64,000 bases of DNA, from NCBI RefSeq assembly GCF_046119375.1, contig NW_027362769.1:108438001-108502000 (forward strand). The letters are read 5' to 3'. This DNA comes from Phyllobates terribilis. Its lineage: Eukaryota. A program made the position numbers and the translations under genes. A model generated the notes under the pieces. That model did not search any database and was not told the origin of the DNA. It saw only the letters and a list, made by a program, of their open reading frames with translations. Of this stretch, positions 62,370 to 64,000 are shown piece by piece; position 1 is the first letter of the stretch; each line of letters starts with the position of its first letter.

Positions 62370-62810
62370 TCCGTGTTCTGGGTGACAGGCCGGGCGCTGG
62401 TCGAGAGGTAGCGAGGATTTCCTGTTGCCAGGACAACGCAGGCAGCCGCCAGCCTGACCGCCGCCTCTGTCTGGTCATGTGGGGGGAAGCCAGCAAGATG
62501 GCGGCCGGGAGCCGGAGGGATGCGGTGTGACTGCGATCATCTCGGGTCGTCCATTCAGAGAGTCAGTGCTCAGGGGGCAGCAGTGCCGGCTCCTCTCCTC
62601 CTCCATGCTTCCCCTCTTTGTGCATTCAGGTGAGCAGAGCGCCGCCATGTCCCCGAGCTGCATGTGTCACCTGGCTCCATGGATGCTCTGCTGCACTGTA
62701 ACTTTTATGTCTTTCAGTGATTTCCAGCGCAACTTGAAGACGTTAGATGCAGTGCAGCCCCCCGAGCCCCCTGCCCCGGCTGACCATGGCTCTGACGTTA
62801 TTTGGTGAGT
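62370..62810 (+). promoter_or_regulatory. CpG island, promoter and 5' UTR region of chn1
   Basis: Local GC and CpG enrichment outside TEs; YY1-type AAGATGGCGGCC at 62495-62506; splice signals; Kozak ATG at 62786. Confidence 0.65.
62786..62804 (+). CDS. chn1: First coding exon of chimerin 1 (alpha2-chimaerin): MALTLF + G, phase-1 donor
   Basis: ACCATGG Kozak; ATG GCT CTG ACG TTA TTT G|GTGAGT; matches the recalled CHN1 N-terminus MALTLFDTDEY...; only 19 coding nt are visible. Confidence 0.72.
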
Positions 62811-63105
62811 TGTTTTCTTCCATCCTTATCTATTGTTTCCTGCAGGCTCTGCCTCTGGGCGTGTGCTGCCCCTTTAATGGCTCATCCATTATTAGCCCTT
62901 ACTGATCCATGATCTCGGGGGGCTGCGGCCATTGCCCTACCTCTGCCTGGGGGTCACATAACGAATGCATTAATATGTGCATGATCGCAGCACGGAGCCG
63001 TGTAGGACGTCCGTATTAACTGCAGGGCGATGCATGGTTGGCTCGTAGCACGGCTACTGCAATATTGCATGCAAAAGACAGAGGTGCGAGGCTCAGGAAA
63101 ATTAT

Positions 63106-63372
63106 AGGGGCTGTCCAGGTCTGTGGTCACTCTGTGCGCGCTGTCAGGATGTTCCAGTGCTGTGACTGCCAGTTTGTGACTTGCATACTTCCGGCCACAT
63201 TCCGACTAGACGTGTCAGTTAACTTGTATTGAGCGCGGCCGCACACGTCTAGTCGCCACGTAACCACATATATGCAAATCACATACTTGCAGTGACGCAC
63301 CTGCCAGCTCCAGGCACCGGAGAATCCTGACGGTGTGCAGTCCCGTACAGGGACTGCAGACTTGAACCCCCT
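63106..63372. mobile_element. TTAA-type (T2/Kolobok-like) MITE
   Basis: AGGGG...CCCCT termini, TTAA 63373-63376; internal IR CGACTAGACGTGT / ACACGTCTAGTCG. Confidence 0.6.
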
Positions 63373-63376
63373 TTAA

Positions 63377-63775
63377 AAGCAGCAGGTTTTTGCTATGTAT
63401 CTGAGGACAGCATGAGGTAGGGGTTAAAACACAGAATTCAATGATGTGTCACATGTCAGGCTGTGTTCTGTTGTTTACTTACACTGCAGGTTTTATCACT
63501 AGGACATTATCATTGCTGTGACTAGCTTGTGCGCAGGCACTTGTCTGACACCGCCCCCTTCTGTGATAAGCGGCAAATTGTCAATAGACAATATACATAG
63601 AGAGCCTGGTGTGGGCGGGGCTAGCTTTCTCAGCTCTGCTGCATGCAACATCTAAGAACTGTGTCAGAACAGCTGAACCCAGTAATCTAAGTGATACATC
63701 TTTAGATTCAGCTTCTCTTTGCCTACATCAGGCTGCTTCCGGATGAGGTAGCAAAAACCTGCTGACAGATTCCCG
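63377..63775. mobile_element. TTAA-type (T2/Kolobok-like) MITE sharing a TTAA with its left neighbour
   Basis: CAGCAGGTTTTTGCTA / TAGCAAAAACCTGCTG arms; TTAA 63776-63779. Confidence 0.65.
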
Positions 63776-63903
63776 TTAAAGCTGCGTGCATGTCACTATA
63801 AAATCACCATCATGGCTTAATTCATGTTCAATATGATGGATCTAAGCTGTGTGACCTCCATAAAAATGTTTACCGTGCACATTACATCAGGGCCATACAT
63901 TAA

Positions 63904-64000
63904 AGGGGTTGTCCGGTTAAAAACAAGTTTTTCCTTTAAGCAGGATAGGTGACATGCTGATCGCTGTGGGTTCTAGCGGATGGATCCCCACCAATCGGCA
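63904..64000. mobile_element. Start of another TTAA-type MITE, runs off the window
   Basis: TTAA|AGGGGTTGTCCGG. Confidence 0.55.

Noticed and set aside
62479-62808. 109-aa ORF across the CpG island as a gene
   Set aside because: No recognisable protein; it runs through apparent splice sites; the Kozak ATG at 62786 in another frame matches chn1

Overview
This is eukaryotic DNA, almost certainly a large-genome frog; that assignment is inferred from the TE and minisatellite repertoire. The window is mostly nested transposable elements and tandem repeats upstream of a CpG-island promoter. At the far right a 19-nt coding exon (MALTLF|D, 62786-62804) matches the N-terminus of alpha2-chimaerin (chn1). 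Left to right: the 3' half of a class I/epsilon-like ERV (pol, internally deleted env, 3' LTR) inserted in a Tc1; an L1 3' end split by a Tc1; a young CR1; MITEs; a decayed DD37E (TRT) copy; 31-32 bp minisatellites; a stack of abutting Tc1/mariner elements (DD34E, DD37E with intact ORF, DD38E) carrying a sushi-type chromoviral Gypsy and two solo LTRs; a ~15.3 kb 39-bp satellite; a hAT-like element holding a Tc1 that holds a MITE and a solo LTR; a derived 39-bp satellite; a third copy of the ~1.25 kb solo LTR; then the chn1 promoter. Most long ORFs in the track are repeat artefacts. Best leads: a tRNA-independent self-priming signal in the Gypsy, a covarying terminal hairpin in the 1.25 kb solo-LTR family, an inverted-duplication scar around the Gypsy, an amniote-like CR1, and the deleted env. 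No rRNA, tRNA or CRISPR array was seen. Coordinates were counted by hand; tandem-repeat and MITE edges are approximate.
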